DNA of 64,000 nt from an uncultured candidate division Zixibacteria bacterium (GCA_963735035.1 CAVTJJ010000004.1:320001-384000); one strand, 5' to 3'. Shown: positions 30,893 through 42,432, counted from the stretch's first letter. Numbers and translations: made by a program. The notes: a model not told the origin generated them from the letters alone.

Positions 30893-33709
30893 CTATCTGT
30901 TCTCCGAATCAGGACCTTCAAAATCAGAGCCAAAGCCCGGGCCCAGCAGTATCGCATTGACCAGCATCTGCCGAGATCCATAGAAATAGGCGCGCTCATT
31001 GGGATCGGTGGCGAACAGGATTACCTGGCCACGCCCCTTAGATTCGCGGGTAGTATACGCTGTGTTGGCCCAGCGCGTGCGAGCCTCGGGCCAGAGCAGA
31101 CCGGACATGCGAAGATCCTTCTCGCCGGCCAGGCGGGCGACCGTCTTGACCGGCGCCTTCGCCAGCAAGGCGTCATCCGTGTACATCATCACTGGTAGAG
31201 ACCGCGCCAGACCGAACGACAACCATTCTTCGATATCGAGCTCGGCCTTCATGATCACGCCGCGTGGGAAGAACTTCCGCTGCCACTCATCGGCTCGCTT
31301 CGCTTCCTCGAGGCTAGGTGCGGGTGCCTTCTCTTTCTTGGTCGTATCGGCCTTCACCTTTTCCGGATACCACAATGCCAGGGTATCGACTTCCGGGCTT
31401 TCGGCCTGACGCTCACGGGCTACACTCAGATCGAATTCCTGAAGCTTATCGAGGACCTGTTGCCGCAGCCGCACCTGGGAGAGGCCACTGGACGAATCCG
31501 CCGCCCAGACGGCGGACTGGCCCATGCAGATTAGGGTGCCGCCGTCCTCGACCCATTCCTTGAGAGTGCGGCGTCCTTCGTCGCCGATCGAGTAGTCGAG
31601 CGGCCCCCAACTGCTGGGCACAATGAGAACGTTGTAAAGGCTCAGATTCTGTTCGGCGAGTCGCGACACGCTTACCAGCGATGCGGGCACACCCAGTTCC
31701 TGATCGAGCATGAACCAGGCAGTACCGAATGAACTGGTGCTGATGCCGTCCCCGCCAATGAGACCGATAGTCGGTTTCTTCAGGAGACGAAACGTCTCGG
31801 CGCCAAGATAAGAGCCCTTTTCGCTGCGTCCGGTGTTGATCCCGAAAATATCGATGCCTATTTCAGCCGCGAGCTTTTCGAGTATTTGTGTCAGATTATC
31901 CGGGTTGCCGCGTTTACGAATCACTATCGATCCGGCCGCATACTCACGACCCTCCACGGTAAACGGTTTCTCGGAGGAATACATAACCAGATCCTGATCG
32001 AAGAGCTTGACCAGCAGGCGGTCGGTCGATTCTCCGATCATGTTGACGGCAAACCCAAATTGTGCTTCCGGTTTGTATACCTTGCCGGGCGAAGGTTTGG
32101 TTTCGCCGGACGACTCCGTAGTGACATTGAATGCAGTCGTCGTCCAGTACGACTCAATATTATAGGCCAACGGTACTGACCAGGTGGAGAGGTCATAAAT
32201 CTTGGAGCGGCCGAATTTTTCTACCTCACGACGCTCCTCCTTGATAATCTCGTATTTGAAGCGAGGGTCGAACTCGAGCACGGCTTTAGCCAGCGCCCCC
32301 TGCGGCTGATCGGTAGAGACGATCATCGTGCCGGAAGGAAGCGCGACCGTCGCCTGCTTGCGGCCGTAGCTGTCGGTGACGCCACTGACCGTGAATTCTT
32401 TGGTAGCCTGCTTAACTACGATCCCTTGATCTGTAAGGGACTGCACGAAGCGCTGCATTTTCAGTGCGTCACGATCAGGCTTGAACAGGTAAGTCAACCG
32501 GTTGCGACGGCCTTCTTCGGTGATCTGTCGGCGCGCCTGAGCATAGTCGCGCAGGATGGCGGTACGATTTTTCGACAGTGTGGTCAGGTTGCTTAGTGAC
32601 GATGTAAACTGCTTATTGACCGCTTCGTGATAGGTCAGCAGATAGTCATCTTGTTGTTTCACGAACTGACCGTCCACACCGGCCATTTCGTACAGGATGC
32701 CGATCGAGCCGAAAAAGGTCGACCAGGCCGACCCGTACCCCGGGTACCATTGTTCGGCCCATTCCTTGACATAGTACGGCCAGGCACGGGAATCGAAAGC
32801 AGCCGCCTGGTCATCACCGAATACTTGCGCCCACTTCATGAAAATCGACGGGGTGTTGTAGTTGATCGGATCCCCGGGCGGTCCGAACAGGAAACTCGAG
32901 TTCGAGCCCATTTCGTGGGCGTCGACCGTCAACTGCGGATGCCACTTAAGAATTGTCGCCAGTTTCCCGCGCGTCTCCTGATTTCGCACCATGATCCAGT
33001 CGCGATTGAGATCGAACAGATAATGATTGCCGCGCCCATACGGCCATACACCCCCGTGCTGCATGGCGAAGCGATTGTAGTTAGGGACATCGCTCCGGTA
33101 TGTTTCGAGCATGGAGAGATAGCGCTCACGTCCGTCGGGGTTCTGAGTCGGGTCGATAACAATCACCACATTCTTCAGCAGATTGACCGTGGCTGAATCG
33201 GTGCCCCCGGTCAATTGATAGATCAACTGTACTGCGGCATCGACGCCGGAAAGCTCATCACCATGTATCGAATATCCCATCCAGGCGAACGCCGGAAGGG
33301 TGTGCGCCAGAGAATCAACTTCGGACGACGAGGCGTTCTCCGACGGTTCCGCCAGCCGGTTCATAGCCAGACGTAGCTTCTCCAGGTTGGCAATGTTTTC
33401 CTCGGATGAGACAAACACGTTGAACAGCCTTCGCCCCTCGTACGAATTTCCGTGCGATTCTACCTTTACCCGACGAGATTCATTGGCCAGGGCGGTCAGG
33501 TAGTTGACCATTTCACCGTACCGCAACGGCCATTGACCGACCGGGTATTTCAAGTACAAGTTAGGTCTGGGCACCGTCATGTCGTACTGGCCGTTGGCAT
33601 AGAACGGCACGGTGTCGATCACAACTTTGCTGGAGTACGCGGGGTCCATCCCGGCCAGTGCAGTTGTCACACAGATTGTCAGAAAGACGAGAAGATAAAC
33701 ATAACGCAT
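30893..33709 (-). CDS. Secreted M14 zinc carboxypeptidase-family protein
   Basis: IHGDE, NPDG, DLNRD and DAHE motifs; signal peptide. Confidence 0.9.
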   Translation of the reverse strand: MRYVYLLVFLTICVTTALAGMDPAYSSKVVIDTVPFYANGQYDMTVPRPNLYLKYPVGQWPLRYGEMVNYLTALANESRRVKVESHGNSYEGRRLFNVFVSSEENIANLEKLRLAMNRLAEPSENASSSEVDSLAHTLPAFAWMGYSIHGDELSGVDAAVQLIYQLTGGTDSATVNLLKNVVIVIDPTQNPDGRERYLSMLETYRSDVPNYNRFAMQHGGVWPYGRGNHYLFDLNRDWIMVRNQETRGKLATILKWHPQLTVDAHEMGSNSSFLFGPPGDPINYNTPSIFMKWAQVFGDDQAAAFDSRAWPYYVKEWAEQWYPGYGSAWSTFFGSIGILYEMAGVDGQFVKQQDDYLLTYHEAVNKQFTSSLSNLTTLSKNRTAILRDYAQARRQITEEGRRNRLTYLFKPDRDALKMQRFVQSLTDQGIVVKQATKEFTVSGVTDSYGRKQATVALPSGTMIVSTDQPQGALAKAVLEFDPRFKYEIIKEERREVEKFGRSKIYDLSTWSVPLAYNIESYWTTTAFNVTTESSGETKPSPGKVYKPEAQFGFAVNMIGESTDRLLVKLFDQDLVMYSSEKPFTVEGREYAAGSIVIRKRGNPDNLTQILEKLAAEIGIDIFGINTGRSEKGSYLGAETFRLLKKPTIGLIGGDGISTSSFGTAWFMLDQELGVPASLVSVSRLAEQNLSLYNVLIVPSSWGPLDYSIGDEGRRTLKEWVEDGGTLICMGQSAVWAADSSSGLSQVRLRQQVLDKLQEFDLSVARERQAESPEVDTLALWYPEKVKADTTKKEKAPAPSLEEAKRADEWQRKFFPRGVIMKAELDIEEWLSFGLARSLPVMMYTDDALLAKAPVKTVARLAGEKDLRMSGLLWPEARTRWANTAYTTRESKGRGQVILFATDPNERAYFYGSRQMLVNAILLGPGFGSDFEGPDSENR

Positions 33710-33784
33710 ATTCAGAGACCTCGAGGTTTGAATTGGCGAGTCAGAGTAATCGGGGATCGAAATATCATTCTATTCTGCGGCAAA

Positions 33785-34865
33785 TCATGGCTCAACTGGA
33801 GTTGTTTGGTGGTCTTCCGAATGAAGGCGCATCTCAAAGATATTTATCAGGATCACGAACGCCGCCGCGACCATCGGGCCGACCACCAATCCGACCAGAC
33901 CCCACATCGTAATTCCACCGAGGATCGCAAAAAACAACAGCAGCGGGTTCATGCTGGTCTTGCCGGAAATCAGATAGGGCCTCACCACATTGTCCGCCTG
34001 GCTGATCACCGCCACGCCGACAGCAATTACAATTATCCCCTTTATGGTCGAACCAGCCAGAATGAGTGCGATTCCCGCCGGGACATAGACGATAAACGCT
34101 CCGATAAACGGCAGGAGCGAAAGAAACGCCATTACCGCGCCCCAGAAGACCGCCGAGTCGATACCGACCGAGGCAAACAGAATGCCGCCGAGCAATCCCT
34201 GAAGCAACGCCACGGCTATCCCGCCGTACATGGTGGCCTGGACCACTTCGCGAAGTTGCACGAACGCAACATCGACCTGACTCTTTTCGATAGGCAGCAG
34301 TTTCTTGATCCTAGCGACCAGGCCGTCGCCGTCGCGGAAGAGATAGAACATCGTGAATACCATCAGGCCGAAACTGAAGACCGTTTTGGTGGCGTTGGTT
34401 ATCAGCCAGGTGGTCTGATCGAGCACCACACTGCTGATTTTGTTTACGGAGTTACTGACCAGCTGGTCAAGATCGACCTGGGTCATATCGTAATACGGCG
34501 AGAGCAGCTTCTTGATCGACTGCCAGAACGGCCAGTCGACATCGAGCAACTGGTCGAAGCTGCCCGCTACTGTTGAGTTTGTCGATTGCGGCTACAGCTC
34601 CCGCCGCCTGATACACTACCGCCACGAACAGGTAGGCGATCGGACCTATTATCAACACTATGACCATGAGGCTCATCACCAGAGCCGCGAGACTCCGGTT
34701 CTTCAACACGCGGAGAAGTCGATCTTGCAGCGGGTAGAAGATGATCGCGAACACCGCCGCCCAGCAGATCGGGATCAGAAACGGCAGCATGATCCGCGCA
34801 AAGAGGTAGAAGATGACGGCGGCGACGAGCAGAAACAGGGTCATGTGAAGTTGCTCACGTTGCAC
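33785..34865 (-). CDS. AI-2E family transporter; +1 frameshift near 34563
   Basis: FYLFRDG, LPFIG, DNVVRP, G..GLVVGP; GTG start with AGGAG RBS; span is 3n+1. Confidence 0.87.
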
Positions 34866-34972
34866 GGCGGAATCTCTCCTGACGGGTTGGCTGTATGTAT
34901 GCGACCCGCCCGGCGCAGAAGCAACAACTATCGATTGTGTGCTGCTATCCAGGTACATCGAAGCCATTTCAA

Positions 34973-35122
34973 GTCACCTTGAACTTGTCGGAGGGTGATG
35001 AGTTGATGTTGCGTCAGGTCCTGCCCCCAACCCGGTTGGGGGTGTGACCTGACGCCTTTCTGACGAGTCTTTGAAGAAACGTAGCGCAGAACCCCCGCCC
35101 GTCGGGCGGGTGGTTCTGCCGT
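34973..35122. repeat. REP cluster
   Basis: Three hairpin types shared with 29869, 30684 and 30823. Confidence 0.75.
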
Positions 35123-35426
35123 CGGGAGCAAGCGTCACGACCGTAACGTTATGTGTCACAACGAGGTACCGATATCGTCGAATTACGAGAGATAACGCCT
35201 ACCAGTGCAGTCCACGTTCACAAAACGAGGGTGTGATCGGGTGTGGCGGGGCGTTCCCATAGGGCAAATTGGGTGCGAAAAAATCTTATCATAGACCTAA
35301 AATCTCAAAGCCTTGGGGTTAAGTATTTTAGCGCGATACCGAAAGATATCTACAGATAGTTAATAGCCGGAGGGTGCACAGCCATTATCCCACCGGCAAC
35401 TTCAATACTCAAACAAGGAGTAACCA

Positions 35427-35837
35427 ATGGCTGCAAGAAAACCGAGAAGCAGAAAGACCCGCGTCGCCAGCCGTCGTCCGGCTCAGAATCGCACGCGTCG
35501 TGCCGGCAATGGTGGCAACGTATGGAGCCGCGAGGAAGTCGCGTTCCTGCGCAAGTATTACAAGCAGTACCCGACCTCCTGGGTTGCTCGTCAGCTTGGC
35601 CGCACCGCTTATGCGGTTCGTTACAAAGCTTCTGACCTGAGCATCAAGAAGGCCCGTCCGTCGGTCTGGAGAGCCAACACCGGTTCCAACCAGCCGAAAA
35701 CCAACTGGCGCACGAAGTCCGCTCGTCCGAGCTTCTCCCGTCAGTCCAAGTGGTCACGTCGTCCGGCTCGTCGGGCCAACGCTCGTCGTCGGACCTTCCG
35801 CACCACCAAGAGCCGTCGGAACTATCGCCGGCACTAA
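35427..35837 (+). CDS. Arg-rich basic protein with a central Myb/SANT-like HTH
   Basis: AAGGAG RBS; WSREEVAFLRKYY...VARQLGRT..AVRYKA; followed by a terminator. Confidence 0.85.
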   Translation: MAARKPRSRKTRVASRRPAQNRTRRAGNGGNVWSREEVAFLRKYYKQYPTSWVARQLGRTAYAVRYKASDLSIKKARPSVWRANTGSNQPKTNWRTKSARPSFSRQSKWSRRPARRANARRRTFRTTKSRRNYRRH

Positions 35838-35883
35838 TTGCTTTGGAAGCTACAGCTCGATGGCAACATCGGGCGATGCAGAT

Positions 35884-35922
35884 AAAACCCGCTGTCTCAT
35901 TTGAGGCGCGGGTTTTCTGTTT
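35884..35922. terminator. Bidirectional intrinsic terminator
   Basis: AAAACCCGC...GCGGGTTTT between convergent genes. Confidence 0.7.
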
Positions 35923-35953
35923 GTGGGGGGAGATAGAAGGCACCGGATTAGAA

Positions 35954-37201
35954 CTAGTAGTTCAGGTAGAAATCACTCAAGTAGAAGTACTTCTCGTTCT
36001 CGGACGTATATTGGGCGTGCCATGGAGTAGACGGATACCTCTTCACCCCATCGGGTTCGTTGCGTGGAACGAGCTTGAAGTCAAGACCGGGGCTGAACAG
36101 TTGCGGTTTGTCAGGACTCGAGTTACGGTCATATATACTGGGACGTCGGGCCAGTATCGCGCCGAGAAGAGACGCGAAAATGATGTTGCGCTGGACGATT
36201 CTCTCTCTTCTTAATGAATCAATGTAGGGAGTCGCTTGGTCGTTGGGTGAGGGAATATACTTGGCCGCTTCAAAACAAATGGTCACAAGCCATTCTGGCT
36301 GATGGCCGTCACTTACTTGCCGCCGATATGCAATGTCTGCACCCCGTAGCATAGTCTTAAGCAATCGGACTGTCATAGGTTCATAATCGAGCAGACGCTC
36401 ACAGAAGCTTGATACTTGGCCCTTCCTGAGTGCATCCTTTCCCAGAAAGAGATTATCTTTGAAAATCTCTCCGACGAATCGGTCAAATCCACTAATCTGA
36501 GGGCAAAAGAAATCCACATAATCGAAGCATTTATGGTACTCCTCATGGTGACCTTTGTAGCTAAAGTCAGATATGGGTACAATCGTGATTACCCGCTTAT
36601 CGTAGTTCAACTTCCTGATAAACTCCTTCAGGGTCTCAAGAAAGTATATCCCGGCGTCTCCAGAACGGTCGATGTCTTCTACCACGATGCATATATCCTT
36701 CTTGTGCCTGTGAATGATCTCGGATAGAATTTCTTGGATTTCGAAGACTCTAGTTGCGGGCGAGTTCTTGAATAGTTCTAAGAGGCCACCTATGTTGCCT
36801 ATGCCTGCAGTAGCCTGCGTTACACCACTGACTATCTTACCGAGTATTTCAACAGACCTGGACTTTGGATCCCGACCAGCAATCCTATTCCTAGCCATCT
36901 TCTTACTACCAACCTGATCAGCGAAGTCAAGCACAAAGCCTTCCCATAGACCTCTACGCTCTGGGTACTTCCATGCGTCAAAAAGTATCCAAGTCTCCTT
37001 GTCCTTTCTTCCCTTCTCTATCTGATATAGCATCGTGCTCTTACCTGAGCCGAATTTTCCGATCAGGCCTACCAGGGATGGTCTATCGATCGACTCCAAC
37101 CGCTTCGAAAAGTCGCTCACAGACTTAGAGAAATCCAATAAATCGTCTACGCGAGACGTCTCTTGAATAAGGTTGTAATTCTTGATGAAGCCGTCTGCCA
37201 T
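35954..37201 (-). CDS. KAP-family P-loop NTPase
   Basis: DDLL.F, GLIGKFGSGKST, FDAWKY, VVEDIDR; AT-richer than neighbours. Confidence 0.85.
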   Translation of the reverse strand: MADGFIKNYNLIQETSRVDDLLDFSKSVSDFSKRLESIDRPSLVGLIGKFGSGKSTMLYQIEKGRKDKETWILFDAWKYPERRGLWEGFVLDFADQVGSKKMARNRIAGRDPKSRSVEILGKIVSGVTQATAGIGNIGGLLELFKNSPATRVFEIQEILSEIIHRHKKDICIVVEDIDRSGDAGIYFLETLKEFIRKLNYDKRVITIVPISDFSYKGHHEEYHKCFDYVDFFCPQISGFDRFVGEIFKDNLFLGKDALRKGQVSSFCERLLDYEPMTVRLLKTMLRGADIAYRRQVSDGHQPEWLVTICFEAAKYIPSPNDQATPYIDSLRRERIVQRNIIFASLLGAILARRPSIYDRNSSPDKPQLFSPGLDFKLVPRNEPDGVKRYPSTPWHAQYTSENEKYFYLSDFYLNY

Positions 37202-37300
37202 TGAATCATGCCTCCGCTATGCAGGTGAACACAGTTCGTACCCCGTGTCCTTGATTGCTATTTCAATCCAATATAGCGGGAATAGCGCCACCGCGTCAAG

Positions 37301-37430
37301 CCGGCAGATGTGGACATCTGCCGGGCACGGTTCAGGAGGGGCATTCAAAGATGGGGCAGACGAGGACGTCTGCCTCACACAATCAGACGAGGACCCCCGA
37401 TCAGGTCGGGGGCAGGCTCTGCCGCCCACC
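37301..37430. repeat. REP cluster
   Basis: CCGGCAGATGTGGACATCTGCCGG and GGCAGACGAGGACGTCTGCC. Confidence 0.75.
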
Positions 37431-37436
37431 ACTAAA

Positions 37437-38523
37437 CTACTTTCCCTCAAACAGCGTCAGATTCGTGCCTCCGGGGGAGACTATCTGACGCTCGTGGTCC
37501 AGCAACCACTTCTTTCGCCACACCCCCCCTCCATAACCGCACAGGTCGCCGTCGGCGCGAATCACCCGATGACACGGAATCGCAATCGCTATGCTGTTTC
37601 GTCCGTTGGCCCGACCCACCGCGCGCACTGCCCCCGGACTGCCGACTTTCTTCGCCAGGTCGCTGTACGACCGCGTTTCCCCCGGCGGAATCGTCTGAAG
37701 TTGCTCCCACACCGCCCGCTCGAACGGCGTCCCCGACGTAATCATCGGCACGGTGAACGTCAGCGATGTCCCCTCGAAATACGCTTTCACCTCGGCGCAG
37801 AACTTCTCGAGATGATGATTGCTGCCGGGGACTACCGCGCATTTGACATGTTTGCGAAGGCGGGCGATTTCGTTCTCCAGCCCGCGACGATCGATGAATT
37901 CAAACACGTGGATGCCGTCGTCGTTGCCCAGCGCCACCATCGCGCCGAGCGGTGTCTCGATCCACTGCGCCAGCAGACATCCGGCCCGTTCGGCCTCGCT
38001 TGGCGGCGTGCCGAACACTTGTTTGAACGCCTCCCAGAAACCGCTGGCGGATTCGAAACCGGTGTCAATCTGTGCTCCGATCACGCTTTCTCCTTTCCGA
38101 ATTTCATGCAGCGCCAGCCCCATGCGCCGCGCCCGATGATACGCCTGAAACGTCATGCCGTAGTACGCGCGGAACCGGCGACGGGCGGTCGACGGGATCT
38201 ATGCGCAATTCGCGAAGGTCGCCGTCGGTGATTTTGCCCGTGGGGGATTCGTCGACCATCTGACGCAACCGTGTGACCAGTTCGGGCGCTTTCTTGTCGC
38301 GGTCGAGCGGTTGACAGCGCAGGCAGGGGCGGTACCCGGCGTAAAGGGCTTCTTTGGGCGACGGGAAGAACTCGACATTCTCCGGCTTCGGTTTTTTCGA
38401 CGGGCAAGTCGGACGGCAGAAGATGCCGGTGGTCCGGACGCCGACGAAGAAGACGCCTTCGAATTCGGAATTGCGGTCGACCAGCGCCTGGTACATGGTG
38501 GTGGTGGACGGGAGTGTTGTCAT
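37437..38523 (-). CDS. ada: Bifunctional Ada regulator / O6-methylguanine methyltransferase; +1 frameshift near 38195
   Basis: TTGIFCRPTC and GYRPCLRC zinc site, AraC HTH, PCHRV; span is 3n+1. Confidence 0.92.
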
Positions 38524-38559
38524 AGCCATATATCCGATCAAAACGTTTATTGCCAACGT

Positions 38560-38875
38560 CATGTAGGTCGGGACCATTGTGCCTGCTCGCCGTGGCGAGG
38601 TCCCGACACTCACCTGGCAGAACCACAAGGGGTTCTGCCCTACGTTGCCACCAATTTAGCGGTCTGAACGCCGAACGCATCCGCTTTTTGAGCATCTAAT
38701 TCGAGAATGTGATGTGGCCTACTGGTTGCGTCAGAGCCTACCCACGACAAGTCGGGGCCGTAGGACCTGCCGCAACCGGGTCTAAGGGGGGGGCCGCCGC
38801 GTCGCAATACCGTGGGCGGCACACGTCCTCGTGTGCCCCTTCTTTGGGGCAGACCAGGAGGTCTGCCGCCCACGA
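38560..38875. repeat. REP cluster
   Basis: GTAGGTCGGGACC...GGTCCCGAC, GGCAGAACC...GGTTCTGCCCTAC, GGCAGACCAGGAGGTCTGCC. Confidence 0.75.
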
Positions 38876-38881
38876 ATACAT

Positions 38882-39710
38882 CTACGACCAGGCGTCGCCG
38901 AATTCGCCTATATCCGCTATCGCCTCGGCAGTGATCTCACGCGGGATGCCGATATGTTGTTCCACTGCGGCCGCCAGAGCGTCTCGGTCAGCTAGTTGGC
39001 GGGTAGTCCAGTGCGTGCCTTCCGATTCGAGAACTGTCAAATTGTGAATCGCGAGTGATCGACCGGGAAAGAATCGCACCAGCAGCACCGCATTCATAAA
39101 CGTAGCCGCCTCGCGGTAAGAATGGGCGACGACGCCGGAGAAATACTCGATCGAGCGCGGCTGCGGTTTGATCGTGTAGCCGTGTCTCAATTGCCCGTCC
39201 CGAATAAGCTGCATGATCGACCGGCCATCGCCGTCCTGCGGCTTGAGCACGTACCGATCCCGGCCGAGCCCAGTCTCGTAGTCCTCGAGCAAGTCACGCG
39301 GAATAGGCTCCAGAAACGGCGCGGCGTAGCCGGTGTCTACGACATATTCGTGTCCGTCCACAGTGACCAGGTTGACGATATGAACGTCGGGGTTGTTCAT
39401 GTCGCACCCGCACAGCTTTGTCTGATACCCCAGGTGTTCGAGCAACAGGTGCAGGTAGACGTTATTCGTGTAGCAAGTTCCGCCAAAATGATACCGTTCG
39501 ATCCCGTCGAGATAACGTTCGAGACCGGGCAGCTCGCGAAGGTTGTGGCGTTTCAGGTAGAAGAGCTTGGAGACATTCTCGAATGGGATACGGGTCAGGT
39601 GAGCCGTGGTCAACTCGGTCAGTGCTTTGAGGCTGGGTTTCTTCCGGGCTGACTCCCAAGATGTGGAGGTATCGGTCGAAGAGGGTGGAGGGTGGTGGGG
39701 TGATTGACAT
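38882..39710 (-). CDS. Arylamine N-acetyltransferase family; +1 frameshift near 39647
   Basis: IPFEN, GGTCY, H and VDTGY triad motifs; span is 3n+1. Confidence 0.88.
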
Positions 39711-39883
39711 ATGGCTCACAAAACCGGCAGGGGTGGAACCCTGCCGATCACTATCTGCCGGGCACGTAAGAAACTATGTCGGGTTTCTCCCCCGGATCAA
39801 AGTCCGGGGTCGGAACCCGACCTACTATTACTTATTCATCACAGAACCGGCAGGGGTGGAACCCTGCCGATCAAATAAAGTGT

Positions 39884-40853
39884 CTACACCAACTTCGATT
39901 TCAAGATGTCATGCAGATGGATCACGCCCGCCAGGCGGCCGGACTCATCAACCGTCGGCAATTGCGTGATCTCTTTCTTCTCCATAAGCGCCAACGCAGC
40001 GTCGAGCAAAGCATCCTGCGGAATCGTCTTCGGGTTCTTCACCATGACATCCGACGCCTTCAAGCTCGAAATCGCCTTGTCTCCCACTCGTTCCAGCAGT
40101 CGCCGCAAGTCACCGTCGCAGAAATATACCCGTTACGCGTCCATCACTGTCGGCCGTGACCACACAGCCGAGCCGCTTGCGGCTCATTTCCACCATCAGC
40201 TCCGAAAAAGTCGCATCGGATGACACCATCGGGATATTATCGCCCGAATGGTGATACTCCGCCACCCGCTTGAGCAGCCGCCGTCCGAGAAATCCACCCG
40301 GATGAAGCTCCGCGAAATCTTCTTTGGTGAAATTCCGTGCTCTTAACAACGCTACCGCGAGAGCGTCGCCCATCACGAGCGCCGCGGTCGATGACGATGT
40401 CGGCACCAGGTTGTTGGGGCAGGCTTCGGATTCGACTGAGCAATCAAGCGCGATATCGGCCTTCTCCCACAGATCGGACTTCGTGTTGCCGCCAAGCAGG
40501 ATGATTCTGACACCAAGCCGACGAGTAGCGGCGATAATCGTCTCGAGTTCTTCCTGCCTTCCCGATTTGGAAATAATCATCAGCAGGTCTTCGGCGCGGA
40601 TGAGTCCGAGGTCGCCGTGTAGGGCATCAGCCGGGTGCAGGAAAAACGAGGAAATCCCGGTCGAGTTGAACGTGGCGACAATCTTGCGGCCGATCAGGCC
40701 CGATTTGCCGAGCCCGGCAACGATAACGCGTCCCTTGCATTCGAGGATGGCATCGACCGCCTGCTGAAAACTCTCACCCAGCCGATCGGCCATGGCCGCG
40801 ACCGCGCCGGCCTCGTTGCGAATAACTTCCTGTGCATATTTGATCAGGTCCAT
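39884..40853 (-). CDS. kdsD: Arabinose-5-phosphate isomerase (KpsF/GutQ; SIS plus 2 CBS); +1 frameshift near 40123
   Basis: GLGKSG, HGDLG, SKSG, PTSS, HPGG.LG; DGDLRR restored by removing one T. Confidence 0.93.
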
Positions 40854-41383
40854 CAGGCCACCATATCTTTGGGATTCAGTCCGACCGCCTCGAACCAGGC
40901 CGCGAGGACTTCGTGCACGGCGGCATGGCCGCCCTTGCGCTCGGTGACATACACCACTTCGCTCAGCAGGTCGGGGGCTGCATCGGCGACTGCAATCGGC
41001 AGGCCGATCTCGCGCGCCAGCTTGATATCGAGCAGTTCGTTGCCGACAAACGCCACCTGTTCGAAACCGATCTTCAACTCGGCCAGCACGGGGCGGATCA
41101 TCTCGACTTTGTCTTGTTTCGCCTGAAGCACATGCTTTACGCCGAGATCTTTCATACGGCTTTCAGTGGCGGCAGAATAGCGGCCGGAGACAATCGCAAT
41201 TTCAAGTCCGGATCGCATTGCCAACACCATGTAGAAGCCGTCAGAGATGTTAAATTTCTTGAGCTCGAAACCGTCCGGGCCGAAATAGATCGAATCGTCG
41301 GTGAGCACACCATCGACATCAAGCGCCAGCAGTTTGATCGTCTTAAGACGCTCGACAAATTCCGGGCGTGAAAGTCGTTTCAT
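40853..41383 (-). CDS. kdsC: KDO-8-phosphate phosphatase (HAD)
   Basis: LDVDGVLTD, F...DG, GGHAAV. Confidence 0.9.
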   Translation of the reverse strand: MKRLSRPEFVERLKTIKLLALDVDGVLTDDSIYFGPDGFELKKFNISDGFYMVLAMRSGLEIAIVSGRYSAATESRMKDLGVKHVLQAKQDKVEMIRPVLAELKIGFEQVAFVGNELLDIKLAREIGLPIAVADAAPDLLSEVVYVTERKGGHAAVHEVLAAWFEAVGLNPKDMVA

Positions 41384-41391
41384 CGGGGAGT

Positions 41392-42187
41392 CTACCTCAA
41401 CGCCTTGTTGATACGGATGACCGCGTCCAGCAGTTCCGGCATCCGGTCGAGCGGAAGCATAACCCCGGCGTCGCAGAGCGCCTCGGCCGGATTGGGATGC
41501 GTTTCGACAAAAAGTCCGTCGATCCCGACTGCTGCCGCCGCACGCGCCATCGGTACGATAAACTCCGGCTGGCCGGTAGAGACATCCCCGCCGCCGCTCG
41601 GAAGTTGCAGCGAGTGGGTGGCATCGAATACGATCTCTATGGCCGGTTTGCTTCATGATCAGCAGCGACCGGAAATCGACTACTAGGTTATGATATCCGA
41701 ACGATGCCCCCCGCTCGGTCAGCATGATCCGGGTGGTTTTGGCCTTGGCGGCGATTTTGGCCATGTCGTCCGGCGCGAGAAACTGACCCTTCTTGATGTT
41801 GATCCATTTACCGGTCGATGCCGCTTTGACGACCAGGTCGGTCTGGCGACAAAGGAAAGCGGGGATTTGCAGGATGTCGGCCACTTCGGCGACCCGGTCG
41901 ACCTCGGACGTCTCGTGGACATCGGTCAGGATCGGCAGGTCGAATTCAGTCTTGATCTTCTGAAGCACTTTCAGGCCGCTTTCGAGTCCCGGTCCGGCGT
42001 AGGAACCGGCCGAGGTTCGGTTGGCCTTCTTGTACGACGCCTTGAAGATGTATGGCACGTCGTATTTAGCGGCCAGCTCGGAGACTACGCGAGCGACCTG
42101 ACGGCAGAGTTGTTCCGATTCGATTACACACGGTCCGGCGATCAGGAAGAACTCGCCCCGTTCGATTCGTTGAAGCGTTTTGTTCAT
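41392..42187 (-). CDS. kdsA: KDO-8-phosphate synthase; +1 frameshift near 41643
   Basis: AGPCVIE, KANRTS, QIPAFL.RQTD, KKGQF, ERG; FDATHS restored by removing one C. Confidence 0.93.
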
Positions 42188-42432
42188 GGCGACCGGAAAT
42201 ATATGTCTGTGGGCTGCAAAAGCCAGTGGGAATTAGGGGACTGTTCGCTGCGTGATTCCGGTGGGCGACGAGACGTTTCGTCGGTTCAGTGCGGCCGTCA
42301 TACTTGATCGGCAGGGTTCCAACCCTGCCGTATAGTCGACACCCCGATGCCGGCAGGCCCAGAGGCCTGCCGATCACTTTGGTGGGCATCTGCCGGGCAC
42401 GATTCGGGGCCTGCGGGCGCCCATTTGCGCAC

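Noticed and set aside
33452..34576. 374-aa plus-strand ORF
   Set aside because: Antisense shadow of the AI-2E transporter and the M14 peptidase 5' end.
35320..35345. Second sigma28-like promoter before the Arg-rich gene
   Set aside because: TAAG-N14-ACCGAAAG is too weak a match to support.
37182..38231. 349-aa plus-strand ORF
   Set aside because: Antisense to ada and runs through REP DNA.
40853..42187. Apparent 444-aa KdsA-KdsC fusion ORF
   Set aside because: It arises from a +1 insertion near 41643. The true KdsA C-terminus is in another frame and stops at 41392, and kdsC has its own start at 41383.
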